Shown in pieces: positions 37,324 through 50,381 of a stretch of DNA of 64,000 nt. The stretch covers positions 62,001 to 126,000 of the forward strand of contig NIVC01000799.1 of assembly GCA_002269645.1 (NCBI GenBank). Reading direction: 5' to 3'. Made by a program: the position numbers and the translations under genes. Below the pieces are notes generated by a model, which saw nothing but the letters and a program-made list of their open reading frames with translations, did no database searches and was not told where the DNA came from. Every line of letters begins with the position of its first letter. The stretch's first letter is position 1. Source of the DNA: Macrostomum lignano. Lineage: Eukaryota.

Positions 37324-38292
37324 CCAGATCCTCAGTTGCTGGGCCAGCCTCCCAGATCCTCAGTTGCTGGGCCAGCCTCCCAGATCCTCAGTCGCTGGGC
37401 CAGCCTCCCAGATCCTCAGTTGCTGGGCCAGCCTCCCAGATCCTCAGTTGCTGGGCCAGCCTCCCAGATCCTCAGTCGCTGGGCCAGCCTCCCAGATCCT
37501 CAGTTGCTGGGCCAGCCTCCCAGATCCTCAGTTGCTGGGCCAGCCTCCCAGATCCTCAGTTGCTAGGCCAGCCTCCCAGATCCTCGCTTGCTGGGCCAGC
37601 CTCCCAGATCCTCAGTTGCTGGGCCAGCCTCCCAGATCCTCAGTTGCTGGGCCAGCCTCCCAGATCCTCAGTTGCTAGGCCAGCCTCCCAGATCCTCGCT
37701 TGCTGGGCCAGCCTCCCAGAGTGTCGGTTGCTGGGCCAGCCTCCCAGATCCTCAGTCGCTGGGCCAGCCTCCCAGATCCTCAGTTGCTGGGCCAGCCTCC
37801 CAGATCCTCAGTTGCTGGGCCAGCCTCCCAGATCCTTAGTTGCTGGGCCAGCCTCCCAGGGTGTCAGTTGCTGGGCCAGCCTCCCAGATCCTCAGTCGCT
37901 GGGCCAGCCTCCCAGATCCTCAGTTGCTGGGCCAGCCTCCCAGATCCTCAGTTGCTGGGCCAGCCTCCCAGAGTGTCAGTTGCTGGGCCAGCCTCCCAGA
38001 TCCTCAGTCACTGGGCCAGCCTCCCAGAGTGTCAGTTGCTGGGCCAGCCTCCCAGATCCTCAGTTGCTGGGCCAGCCTCCCAGATCCTCAGTTGCTGGGC
38101 CAGCCTCCCAGATCCTTAGTTGCTGGGCCAGCCTCCCAGGGTGTCAGTTGCTGGGCCAGCCTCCCAGATCCTCAGTCGCTGGGCCAGCCTCCCAGATCCT
38201 CAGTTGCTGGGCCAGCCTCCCAGATCCTCAGTTGCTGGGCCAGCCTCCCAAATCCTCAGTTGCTGGGCCAGCCTCCCAGATTCTCAGATCCT
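37324..38292. repeat. 28-bp minisatellite, array A
   Basis: CAGTTGCTGGGCCAGCCTCCCAGATCCT; period 28 at 37441/37469. Confidence 0.95.
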
Positions 38293-38689
38293 CAGCCAAG
38301 GCTGCACACAGCAGTCCATGCAGCATCCATGACCCCGGGCTACACGGCTCCAATTTCAATTTAAAGATCTTCTTTGCCCATTTTTGAATGAATTTTTTTA
38401 TTCTGGGCTGTGATTTTATAATTTTAAACATTTTTGATCCAAATTGTTGTGAGCTCATGCTGTGGTCTGTAACCTTTTTTACTCAGCCTTTGTGCACTCT
38501 TAAACATTTCTAGGCATCCTTGGGCCACATTCCAATAAGTTACTGCGAAATTCTGACCAAAAATTTAGTTAATCTTTTACTTTTATGACTAATAAACTAT
38601 GCTTTACTTGAATTTAGTTGGCTTTGCAGTGTCGTGTTGATTATTTTGTCTTTTTATAGAAACGGACTTCTGAGATAAGTTCTAAATCA

Positions 38690-41670
38690 TCACCCATCTA
38701 GAATCACCCATCTAGAATCACCCATCTAGAATCACCCATCTAGAATCACCCATCTATAATCACCCATCTAGAATCTCCCATCTAGAATTTCCAATCTAGA
38801 ATCACCCATCTAGAATCTCCTATCTAGAATCTCCCATCTAGAATCTCCCATCTAGAATTTCCAATCTAGAATCACCCATCTAGAATCTCCCATCTAGAAT
38901 TTCCAATCTAGAATCACCCATCTAGAATCTCCTATCTAGAATCTCCCATCTAGAATCTCCCATCTAGAATTTCCAATCTAGAATCACCCATCTAGAATCT
39001 CCCATCTAGAATTTCCAATCTAGAATCACCCATCTAGAATCTCCCATCTAGAATCTCCCATCTAGAATCTCCCATCTAGAATTTCCAATCTAGAATCTCC
39101 CATCTAGAATCTCCCATCTAGAATTTCCAATCTAGAATCAACCATCTAGAATCTCCCATCTAGAATTTCCAATCTAGAATCAACCATCTAGAATCACCCA
39201 TCTAGAATTTCCAATCTAGAATCAACCATCTAGAATCTCCCATCTAGAATTTCCAATCTATAATCACCCATCTAGAATCTCCCATCTAGAATTTCCAATC
39301 TAGAATCACCCATCTAGAATCTCCCATCTAGAATCTCCTATCTAGAATCTCCCATCTAGAATCACCCATCTAGAATCTCCCATCTAGAATCTCCCATCTA
39401 GAATCACTCATCTAGAATATCCCATCTTGAATCGCCCATCTAGAATCACCCATCTAGAATCACCCATCTAGAATCACCTATCTAGAATCACCCATCTAGA
39501 ATCACTCATCTAGAATATCCCATCTTGAATCGCCCATCTAGAATCTCCCATCTAGAATCTCCCATCTAGAATCTCCCATCTAGAATCTCCCATCTAGAAT
39601 CACCCATCTAGAATCACCCATCTAGAATCACTCATCTAGAATATCCCATATTGAATCGCCCATCTAGAATCACCCATCTAGAATCTCCCATCTAGAATCT
39701 CCCATCTAGAATTTCCAATCTAGAATCTCCCATCTAGAATCTCCCATCTAGAATTTCCAATCTAGAATCTCCCATCTAGAATCTCCCATCTAGAATCTCC
39801 CATCTAGAATCTCCCATCTAGAATCTCCCATCTAGAATCTCCCATCTAGAATCTCCCATCTAGAATCTCCCATCTAGAATCCCCTATCTAGAATCTCCCA
39901 TCTAGAATCTCCCATCTAGAATCTCCCATCTAGAATTTCCTATCTAGAATCGCCCATCTAGAATCACCCATCTAGAATCACCTATCTAGAATCGCCCATC
40001 TACATGTAGAATCGCCCATCTAGAATCGCCCATCTAGAACCGCCCATCTAGAATCTCCCATCTAGAATCTCCCATCTAGAATTTCCAATCTAGAATCACC
40101 CATCTAGAATCTCCCATCTAGAATTTCCAATCTAGAATCACCCATCTAGAATCTCCTATCTAGAATCTCCCATCTAGAATCTCCCATCTAGAATTTCCAA
40201 TCTAGAATCACCCATCTAGAATCTCCCATCTAGAATTTCCAATCTAGAATCACCCATCTAGAATCTCCCATCTAGAATCTCCCATCTAGAATCTCCCATC
40301 TAGAATTTCCAATCTAGAATCTCCCATCTAGAATCTCCCATCTAGAATTTCCCATCTAGAATCTCCCATCTAGAATTTCCAATCTAGAATCAACCATCTA
40401 GAATCTCCCATCTAGAATTTCCAATCTAGAATCACCCATCTAGAATCTCCCATCTAGAATTTCCAATCTATAATCACCCATCTAGAATCTCCCATCTAGA
40501 ATTTCCAATCTAGAATCACCCATCTAGAATCTCCCATCTAGAATCTCCTATCTAGAATCTCCCATCTAGAATCACCCATCTAGAATCTCCCATCTAGAAT
40601 CTCCCATCTAGAATCACTCATCTAGAATATCCCATCTTGAATCGCCCATCTAGAATCACCCATCTAGAATCACCCATCTAGAATCACCTATCTAGAATCA
40701 CCCATCTAGAATCACTCATCTAGAATATCCCATCTTGAATCGCCCATCTAGAATCTCCCATCTAGAATCTCCCATCTAGAATCTCCCATCTAGAATCTCC
40801 CATCTAGAATCACCCATCTAGAATCACCCATCTAGAATCACTCATCTAGAATATCCCATATTGAATCGCCCATCTAGAATCACCCATCTAGAATCTCCCA
40901 TCTAGAATCTCCCATCTAGAATTTCCAATCTAGAATCTCCCATCTAGAATCTCCCATCTAGAATTTCCAATCTAGAATCTCCCATCTAGAATCTCCCATC
41001 TAGAATCTCCCATCTAGAATCTCCCATCTAGAATCTCCCATCTAGAATCTCCCATCTAGAATCTCCCATCTAGAATCTCCCATCTAGAATCCCCCATCTA
41101 GAATCTCCCATCTAGAATCTCCCATCTAGAATCTCCCATCTAGAATTTCCTATCTAGAATCGCCCATCTAGAATCACCCATCTAGAATCACCTATCTAGA
41201 ATCGCCCATCTACATGTAGAATCGCCCATCTAGAATCGCCCATCTAGAACCGCCCATCTAGAATCTCCCATCTAGAATCTCCCATCTAGAATCCCCCATC
41301 TAGAATCTCCCATCTTGAATCGCCCATCTAGAATCGCCCATCAAGAATCGCCCATCTAGAATCGCCCATCTAGAATCTCCCATCTAGAATCTCCCATCAA
41401 GAATCGCCCATCTAGAATCGCCCATCTAGAATCGCCCATCTAGAATCGCCCATCTAGAATCGCCCATCAAGAATCGCCCATCTAGAATCGCCCATCTAGA
41501 ACCGCCCATCTAGAATCTCCCATCTAGAATCTCCCATCTAGAATCTCCCATCTAGAATCGCCCATCTAGAATCACCTATCTAGAATCTCCCATCTAGAAT
41601 CGCCCATTTATAATCGCCCATCTAGAATCACCCATCTAGAATCACCTATCTAGAATCGCTATCTAATCTC
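38690..41670. repeat. 14-bp minisatellite with an XbaI site per unit and a 1210-bp higher-order duplication
   Basis: ATCTAGAATC(T/A/G)CCC; the rare variant TACATGTAGA lies at 40001 and 41211. Confidence 0.95.
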
Positions 41671-41713
41671 CCATCGAAACCCTCACTAATCCTTTCCATC
41701 CGGCACTGCAGCA

Positions 41714-42443
41714 ATGTCGGCAGTTCAGATTAGCATCTCGCTGAACTCAGGCTCAGATGCTGTCAAAAAGTTAGACCGCGTCATCGGCGATGACCAGGGC
41801 GCCTGCGATTACACGAAGGTGATCGAAAACTGTCGGGCTATTCAGCAGGATGTTAACGCTATGCTGTCAAAAGGTGGGTTTCAATTGAGAATCGTCCTTT
41901 GAGAATCGCCCTTTGAGAATCGCCCTTTGAGAATCGCTCTTTGAGAATCGCCCTTTGAGAATCGCCCTTTGAAAATTGCCCTTTGAGAATCGCCCTTTGA
42001 GAATCGCCCTTTGAGAATCGCCCTTTGAGAATCGCCCTTTGAGATTCGCCCTTTGAGAATTGCCCTTTGAGAATCGCCCTTTGAAAATTGCCCTTTGAGA
42101 ATCGCCCTTTGATAATCGCCCTTTGAGAATCGCTCTTTGAAAATCGCCCTTTGAGAATCGCCCTTTGAGAATCGCCCTTTGAGAATCGCCCTTTGAGAAT
42201 CGCCCTTTGAGAATCGCCCTTTGAGGATTGCCCTTTGAGAATCGCCCTTTGAGAATCGCCCTTTGAGAATCGCCCTTTGAGAATCGCTCTTTAGAATCGC
42301 CCTGTGAGAATCGCCATTTGAGAATCGCCCTCTCAACTCCTTTTTGAGTACATTTTTGAATAACTATCACTTCAGAACTAAATGAGACAGAGGCAACAAA
42401 GCTGGATTACGGCCTGGAGGAGACACCTGATGACATTGATTGA
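41714..42443 (+). CDS. Small two-exon gene (41714-41873 + 42376-42443), 75 aa, candidate Gon7-like KEOPS subunit
   Basis: CTAATCC...CACTGCAG acceptor at 41711, ATG 41714, AAG|GTGGGT donor at 41874 (phase 1), CACTTCAG acceptor at 42375 joining in frame to TGA 42441-43. Product MSAVQISISLNSGSDAVKKLDRVIGDDQGACDYTKVIENCRAIQQDVNAMLSKELNETEATKLDYGLEETPDDID. AATAAA at 42682. Confidence 0.6.
41888..42332. repeat. 14-bp intronic minisatellite
   Basis: GAGAATCGCCCTTT. Confidence 0.95.
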
Positions 42444-42725
42444 TTGATTGACAGCTTAGCTAGAATCTGTTTTGGCTCTCGCCAAGTTTCAGCTTAACTT
42501 TGCTCTCTGCAAATCTATATAACTAAATATACAATAACTATGCCATTGCAGCCATGCATTTCTCAAAGCCCAAGAAATTGAAAGCAAATGATTCTGTGTT
42601 CATTTTCGGCATTTGTTACTTAAAAGTAGTCTGTGAGGATTGTAACGACTATTTACTGAGTGAATTGGGACAAAATGTGCAAATAAACGTCGCACTTGCG
42701 TACTTCGCATTTGGGGTGTGCCGTC

Positions 42726-44760
42726 AACTGCTGGGCCAACCTTCCAGATCCCCAGTTGCTGGGCCAGCCTTCCAGATCCTCAGTTGCTGGGCCACCTCCC
42801 AGATCCTCAGTCACTGGGCCAGCCTCCCAGAGTGTCAGTTTCTGGGCCAGCCTCCCAGAGTGTCAGTTGCTGGGCCAGCCTCCCAGAGTGTCAGTTGCTG
42901 GGCCAGCCTTCCAGAGTGTCAGTTGCTGGGCCAGCCTCCCAGATCCTCAGTCGCTGGGCCAGCCTCCCAGATCCTCAGTTGCTGGGCCAGCCTCCCAGAT
43001 CCTTAGTCGCTGGGCCAGCCTCCCAGATCCTTAGTCGCTGGGCCAGCCTCCCAGATCCTTAGTCGCTGGGCCAGCCTCCCAGATTCTTAGTCGCTGGGCC
43101 AGCCTCCCAGATCCTTAGTCGCTGGGCCAGCCTCCCAGATCCTTTGTCGCTGGGCCAGCCTCCCAGATCCTTAGTCGCTGGGCCAGCCTCCCAGATCCTT
43201 AGTCGCTGGGCCAGCCTCCCAGAGTGTCAGTTGCTGGGCCAGCCTCCCAGAGTGTCAGTTGCTGGGCCAGCCTCCCAGATCCTCAGTCACTGGACCAGCC
43301 TCCCAGATCCTCAGTCGCTGGGCCAGCCTCCCAGATCCTCGGTTGCTGGGGCAGCCTCCCAGATCCTTAGTTGCTGGGCCAGCCTCACAGATCCTTAGTC
43401 GCTGGGCCAGCCTCCCAGAGTGTCAGTTGCTGGGCCAGCCTCCCAGAGTGTCAGTTGCTGGGCCACCTCCCAGATCCTCAGTCACTGGACCAGCCTCCCA
43501 GATCCTCAGTCGCTGGGCCAGCCTCCCAGATCCTCAGTCGCTGGGCCAGCCTCCCAGATCCTTAGTCGCTGGGCCAGCCTCCCAGAGTGTCAGTTGCTGG
43601 GCCAGCCTCCCAGAGTGTCAGTTGCTGGGCCACCTCCCAGATCCTCAGTCGCTGGGCCAGCCTCCCAGATCCTTAGTCGCTGGGCCAGCCTCCCAGAGTG
43701 TCAGTTGCTGGGCCACCTCCCAGATCCTCAGTCACTGGACCAGCCTCCCAGATCCTCAGTCGCTGGGCCAGCCTCCCAGATCCTCAGTCGCTGGGCCAGC
43801 CTCCCAGATCCTTAGTCGCTGGGCCAGCCTCCCAGAGTGTCAGTTGCTGGGCCAGCCTCCCAGAGTGTCAGTTGCTGGGCCACCTCCCAGATCCTCAGTC
43901 GCTGGGCCAGCCTCCCAGATCCTTAGTCGCTGGGCCAGCCTCCCAGAGTGTCAGTTGCTGGGCCAGCCTCCCAGATCCTCAGTCACTGGGCCAGCCTCCC
44001 AGAGTGTCAGTTGCTGGGCCACCTCCCAGATCCTCAGTTGCTGGGCCAGCCTCCCAGAGTGTCAGTTGCTGGGCCAGCCTCCCAGATCCTCAGTCACTGG
44101 ACCAGCCTCCCAGATCCTCAGTCGCTGGGCCAGCCTCCCAGATCCTCAGTCGCTGGGCCAGCCTCCCAGATCCTTAGTCGCTGGGCCAGCCTCCCAGAGT
44201 GTCAGTTGCTGGGCCAGCCTCCCAGAGTGTCAGTTGCTGGGCCACCTCCCAGATCCTCAGTCGCTGGGCCAGCCTCCCAGATCCTTAGTCGCTGGGCCAG
44301 CCTCCCAGAGTGTCAGTTGCTGGGCCAGCCTCCCAGATCCTCAGTCACTGGGCCAGCCTCCCAGAGTGTCAGTTGCTGGGCCACCTCCCAGATCCTCAGT
44401 TGCTGGGCCAGCCTCCCAGAGTGTCAGTTGCTGGGCCACCTCCCAGATCCTCAGTTGCTGGGCCAGCCTCCCAGAGTGTCAGTTGCTGGGCCAGCCTCCC
44501 AGATCCTCGGTTGCTGGGGCAGCCTCCCAGAGTGTCAGTTGCTGGGCCAGCCTCCCAGATCCTCAGTCGCTGGGCCAGCCTCCCAGATCCTCAGTTGCTG
44601 GGCCAGCCTCCCAGAGTGTCAGTTGCTGGGCCAGCCTCCCAGAGTGTCAGTTGCTGGGCCAGCCTCCCAGATCCTCAGTCGCTGGGCCAGCCTCCCAGAT
44701 CCTCGGTTGCTGGGGCAGCCTCCCAGATCCTTAGTTGCTGGGCCAGCCTCACAGATCCTG
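42726..44760. repeat. 28-bp minisatellite, array B (same family as 37324-38292)
   Basis: CAGTTGCTGGGCCAGCCTCCCAGA(TCCT/GTGT), same orientation as array A. Confidence 0.95.
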
Positions 44761-45761
44761 TGCCAGAGTTCTCTATACACGAGCAAAAACGCTTATCCCA
44801 GCAGTATGCGGCGAATTCTGGACTTGAATTGATGGCAACGCGGCACAGATTGATATAGCAATTTCCTGACGTTCATCAGAAGTGCATTCGACTTCCGCTT
44901 CCCGGATTCAGTCAGTGGCTGCTTCCGCGGAGATTTTGGCACTGACGGATTGAGATAGCATCTGCCTGCCGAAAGTAACAAGAAGAAGAAGAAGAAAATC
45001 TCTAATCTTGTCTTTTTAGCTAGCAGTTCCTCTTGCTGCCCATCAGCAGCAGCCATGCTGTTTAGCGAGAATCTGTGCAACAGACATTTCTCAATCGGAT
45101 GCAGCAGCAGAGCCAGTTCCATCTTTCTCCCTCTGATATGCAAATTTAGTAAAATGTAGATTTTGGCTCAGTGTCTTTTTCTTGTTCATTTATTTTTTTC
45201 GGCGGTGGAACTGACAGAACTGGGCGCCATCTGCAGGCGTTTTCTCAGAATCTGCCTGCCGGATATCGCATTTCCTAGAGATGTAGAAGCAATCTAACAC
45301 ACACTCGGAGGCGGACTCAGCTGGTGACGGGCTGCTCAGCTCCCCCTTCTGTCTCTCAACTCGAGCTCAAACTGGACAATTCAAGCTTCTACGGTATTAA
45401 TTGGCAGTCTGTCTTTGAGTGGAGGCCTCTCAATTATGAAGCATGTGGGCGGATCGGACACTGCTATATCTGTGTGCGCGATTCGGCCACTAATTCCTGG
45501 CTAATGAAGCCCTCACTGCCTGCCGAGTGTCTATCGGAATCAACCACTGCCTTTTCTGCCTCCACAAAGGCCTTCTACTGTTGAAATTGTTTCTCGAAGG
45601 CTATTCTATAATTAAATAGAATATGACGTCACACCTGCGACGCAATGATGAATTGCGCTCAGGTGAATTTTGGAAATTGGAAATTCCTGCTTTTTTCGTT
45701 TATACTTTTATGCGGACCATTTTTTGAGAATCTGAGATAGAATACTTGAAGCACATTCTAT

Positions 45762-46338
45762 ATGTGTCTCGGTGTCTGTCTTTGCGTGTCTCTGTGTCTA
45801 TTTGTGTGTCTCGGTGTCTTTATTTTGTGTGTCTCGATGTCTTTATTTGTGTGTCTCGATGTCTTTATTTGCGTGTCTCTGTGCCTGTCTTTGTGTGTCT
45901 CTGTCTATTTGTGTGTCTCGGTGTCTTTATTTGTGTGTCTCGATGTCTTTATTTGTGTGTCTCGATGTCTTTATTTGTGTGTCTCGATGTCTTTATTTGT
46001 GTGTCTCGATGTCTTTATTTGCGTGTCTCTGTGTCTGTCTTTGTGTGTCTCAGTGTCTTTATTTGTGTTTCTCGGTGTCTTTATTTGTGTCTCGATGTCT
46101 TTATTTGCGTGTCTCTGTGCCTGTCTTTGTGTGTCTCTGTGTCTATTTGTGTGTCTCGGTGTCTGTCTTTGTGTGTCTCGATGTCTCTCTTTGTGTGTCT
46201 CGGTGTCTTTATTTGTGTGTCTCTGTGTCTGTATTTGTGTGTCTCGGTGTCTTTATTTGTGTGTCTCGATGTCTGTCTTTGTGTGTCTCGGTGTCTGTCT
46301 GTGTGTCTCGGTGTCTATCTGTGTGTCTCGGTGTCTGT
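45762..46338. repeat. 22-bp GT-rich minisatellite
   Basis: TTGTGTGTCTCGATGTCTTTAT. Confidence 0.9.
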
Positions 46339-47175
46339 CCATACGCATAATAATATAATACCTCTGCTGTAGTGTCTAGCATCAACTTTTGCAAACCGTA
46401 GGCTTCCTAATTCCTTCTTACGCCTAAATTACTTCACCTAATTTTACTTTCATCCATTGTGTACAATTTAGTGCATCGAAACAAACTGATTGGATGCATC
46501 GATTTTCATTGAGAATAAGTTGCGCATAGATTTATACTGCACGGAGGGAGTTCTTGTTGTCATGACAACACTTATTGCGAAGTCCCTGGCCAGCGGGTCA
46601 GAGGTGACAGGGCCGGACGGAAAGCCTGGGATTGGGTCGGGGGCCTGTCAGCTGCCTGGCCGGATGGCGACTCCGTGATGCTGCTGTGACGGGTTCTGGG
46701 AGTTTTGTTTGCCGCCAGCTCTGTTGCGGAAGGAAAGAGCGCGAGAGATGTGGGAGAGAGAGGGGGAGGCTGGGAGCGCCGTGCAGGCGCTTCATCCTTT
46801 CAGGTGCTGCAAGATGATTGATGACTATAAAGTTCAACATCGATTTGATAGTCAGTGTGCTCAGACTAAAGTAGGCAAAGTGCTATTCCTGTATGACTGT
46901 TACTCTCTTTTTACAACTTGATTGCTTGCAATCTTTGCATTTTGCTACTTCAGCAGGCTACATGTATTGTTATTCAGCTTGTGCCTATTTCGTATTTTTA
47001 TTATCAATATTGTCTGAGAGGTTTACGGTGGCCGGCAGTTACTGCATATTGTGATGGTTCAAGGAGCGCTTGAGCTGCATCAACGCATTTTTATGGAGAT
47101 TTAAGATCGTTAAATTGTAAGTATTGCGTTTACAATTGAGCGCTTGAAAAGTGAGGACTGTGTGTACGAGTAATG

Positions 47176-47765
47176 AGGAGCAGATCAAGCCATGAGAAAG
47201 ATGGACTCTGCATTGGGAGGAGCAGAGCAAGCCATGAGAAAGATGGACTCTGCATCGGGAGGAGCAGATCAAGCCATGAGAAAGATGGACTCTGCATCGG
47301 GATGAGCAGATCAAGCCATGAGAAAGATGGACTCTGCATTGGGAGGAGCAGAGCAAGCCATGAGAAAGATGGACTCTGCATTGGGAGGAGCAGATCAAGC
47401 CATGAGAAAGATGGACTCTGCATCGGGATGAGCAGATCAAGCCATGAGAAAGATGGACTCTGCATTGGGAGGAGCAGATCAAGCCATGAGAAAGATGGAC
47501 TCTGCATTGGGAGGAGCAGAGCAAGCCATGAGAAAGATGGACTCTGCATCGGCAGGAGCAGAGCAAGCCATGAGAAAGATGGACTCTGCATCGGCAGGAG
47601 CAGATCAAGCCATGAGAAAGATGGACTCTGCATCGGCAGGAGCAGAGCAAGCCATGAGAAAGATGGACTCTGCATCGGCAGGAGCAGATCAAGCCATGAG
47701 AAAGATGGACTCTGCATCGGCAGGAGCAGATCAAGCCATGAGAAAGATGGACTCTGCATTGGGAG
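47176..47765. repeat. 42-bp minisatellite, ~14 copies
   Basis: GCAGATCAAGCCATGAGAAAGATGGACTCTGCATCGGCAGGA. Confidence 0.95.
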
Positions 47766-48270
47766 ATGTTCACCCTATTAAAGTACTCACAAAGAAAAGT
47801 GACTGGTGCGGCAGCTTAGTAGCTGGAAAATTGACAATTAATTTGATTCACTGCAGTTCGCTCTTAACTGCCCGTGAATGCTCATAACCGACAAGATTTT
47901 TTTGGGCTTCGAGACAAAGACAGAGATAATAGAGCAGAGAAGATGAGTAATTAAGGAATCTTTGAGCTCGAACGGCCGACAGGGGAAGCATTCAAAGGGG
48001 ATCGTGAACCTTGCGTAGGCGAATGGAGAAGGGAGCTTCGATTGGCAGTAAATTAAAGGAAGAAAAAGTTGAGCGAGGATTTCTGTGTCCTAATGAACTC
48101 TTGTACTACTCAATCAGCCAGTCAGCAGTCGGTGCCAGAGGGAATCCCAGCTGCTCTGTCCTGATTGGTCCGTCAGCCAAGTAAAAACCCACGGCATCGG
48201 GCAGACCTCCGCGCTGCCCCCACTGTCCCGAACTGACTCCAGCCATCCTGCAGTAGAGCAACTCTCCCCC

Positions 48271-48591
48271 ATGGCAACCACCGTCTCGAGCCTGTCGAGT
48301 GTCGATAACGACAGCTTTGCTAATCAAACCCGACAGAGCGACCCGTTCCTGCTGCTGGCTGTCGGCCTGTTCATCAGCGTGGACATTGTCGGCATTCTGG
48401 CCAATGTCTTCGTGCTGGTGGTGCTCCTCCGAAACGAGAGCAAGCAGGTGTACGAGATCTTCTGTACCGGCCTGGCCATCACGGATCTGATCTTCCTGAC
48501 GCTCACGGTGCCCATCACCACCCTGCAGTACGTGATGGACTCCTGGCTACTCGGATCCGTGATGTGCAAGTTCACCTTCTTTGTAGTTAAT
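48271..48591 (+). CDS. GPCR exon 1 (N-term, TM1-TM3 start)
   Basis: ATG 48271; AAT|GTGAGT donor. Confidence 0.9.
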
Positions 48592-50345
48592 GTGAGTGCG
48601 ATTTACTAAGTTGACTAACTCCAAAACCACATGCATCAGAGACCGCTGGCGTGATGGGACTTGTTCAGGTTTTCTAACACGATTTTCAGTTGTATTTTGG
48701 ATACCTTTGGCAGTACACAGGAGTGAATAAATATAAGCATTCGCAGCAAGGGCAGTGGGAATCCTGGCCCAACGCTTTCGGCGAAATCCTCCCGCAAACA
48801 GCGCTGGCGGCAATTTCTGCTCATTCCGCTGACCACTTAACTCTGCATTGCTTCAGTTCACCCAGCTGTAAAATGGGTGCCAGCATTAGCTGGGGTAATT
48901 GAGGCTGTGTGTGACGACCTCCCAGTCCTTGGACTGAACAGCCGTACGCAGCCTTCAGATGCGCCGCGCAATAGCTGCGGCTGAGCTGTCGGTTGCACAT
49001 CTGCCCAATAGGGCAGGTGCCATCAACCATAATTTTTACTATAAAAACAGGAAAATCGCTGAAATTTCTGAAATTCAACGTCCCGCACAATGAAAAGAAT
49101 GGTTTTTTGAACATTTTCAATATTTGATGCTTTCGACTCTCTGATAATCAGAAATATCTACATGTATTTGGAGATACTTCCTCGCGGTTCACAAATATTT
49201 TGGGTAAGGATTGAGAAAATATTTCAGAACTCGACCGACATTGAGCTGCTCCACCCCGCGATGCTGCAGCAAAAATATGTTTCAGATTATTTTCCGCATG
49301 CAGAGAAGATTAAAATTTTTCTTAAAGATCGAGCCATTCCAAAATAAATCTTCATGAGTTTATCTCTAAGGCAAAAGTCACGATTTCTTACGAGCGTGCA
49401 GTGATTTCAATAGAAGGCAGAGTTCTATGAAAGATAATCCCGCATTTCTATACCTTACTTATGGACTACGGGCTGGTATATTATAGCACTAGATATTTTT
49501 CTCATTAAATTCTACACCTTTTGGGTCACCTTCAATTTAAAAAAACTCGAATGTCAGCTTGTCCAAATAGAATGCGGGTTTTGTTGAAGTTAAACGGACA
49601 CAGGTGAAGCAATCTCTTTAGTGTGTTTTCTCTCAATCCATTAGGTACATGGCGGAACACCTTTCAGCGCTGTCCAAAAATGCTCTCATTTATAAAACAT
49701 TGTTGTATTTTAAGCTCTGCAACAACCTCTGACATAACTTGCTTCATTCGTATATCGAAAGTTCAAAAGGTGTTATTTTGGGAATTCAGTGCTATAGAAA
49801 ATCAAACATTCTAATCTTGCTAATGCATCTTGGTTCTTGCATTTTGGCCATGGCACTACTAAGTACTTGTACAAGAAACTCATGAAAAGAATCAACACTT
49901 TCTAAGAAAGCTGCGCTTCTCTCTCTCAAAACTTCTTTTTTTCTTTAGAATATTTTAAAAATGGGTTTCTAAGAATTGTCAAGAAAGTCATGCGTGTTTC
50001 TAGGAAAACTATTGATGCTTTCTAAGAAATGTACAGGAATTCATGCGTGTTTCTAAGAAAAAAATTGCTGGTTTCTAAGAAACGTACATGAATTCATGCG
50101 TGTTTCTAAAAAACTTATGGCTGATTTCTAAGAAACGTACAGGAATTCATGCGCGTGTTTCTAAGAAAACTATTGCTGATTTCTAAGAAACTTCAGACGC
50201 ATCTAGAGAGCCACTAGATTTCTATGAAAGGCCTTCCATGTTTTTATTTGCAATACACAAGCAAAATGCATTCAATCAAGTGCAAAAGAAGTAATAGCAT
50301 CACCCCTCCAGGAAGTAGGCACTATGCGTTTCTAAGAAAGCTGTG

Positions 50346-50381
<36 letters not shown>

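Noticed and set aside
38650-38680. Micro-exon TTTTATAG|AAACGGACTTCTGAG|ATAAGT as 5' UTR exon of the Gon7-like gene
   Set aside because: The would-be donor is AT rather than GT and lacks the U12 ATATCC signature; the true upstream exon is unresolved.
44855-44880. Minus-strand CTGATGA...GAAA hammerhead-like words
   Set aside because: No stem II can form between the boxes and there is no compatible helix III or stem I.
44760-45160. Exon-like islands after 28-bp array B (116-aa minus ORF; plus-strand acceptor at 45018)
   Set aside because: Splice signals on both strands but no consistent multi-exon frame or recognisable homology; cannot be supported.
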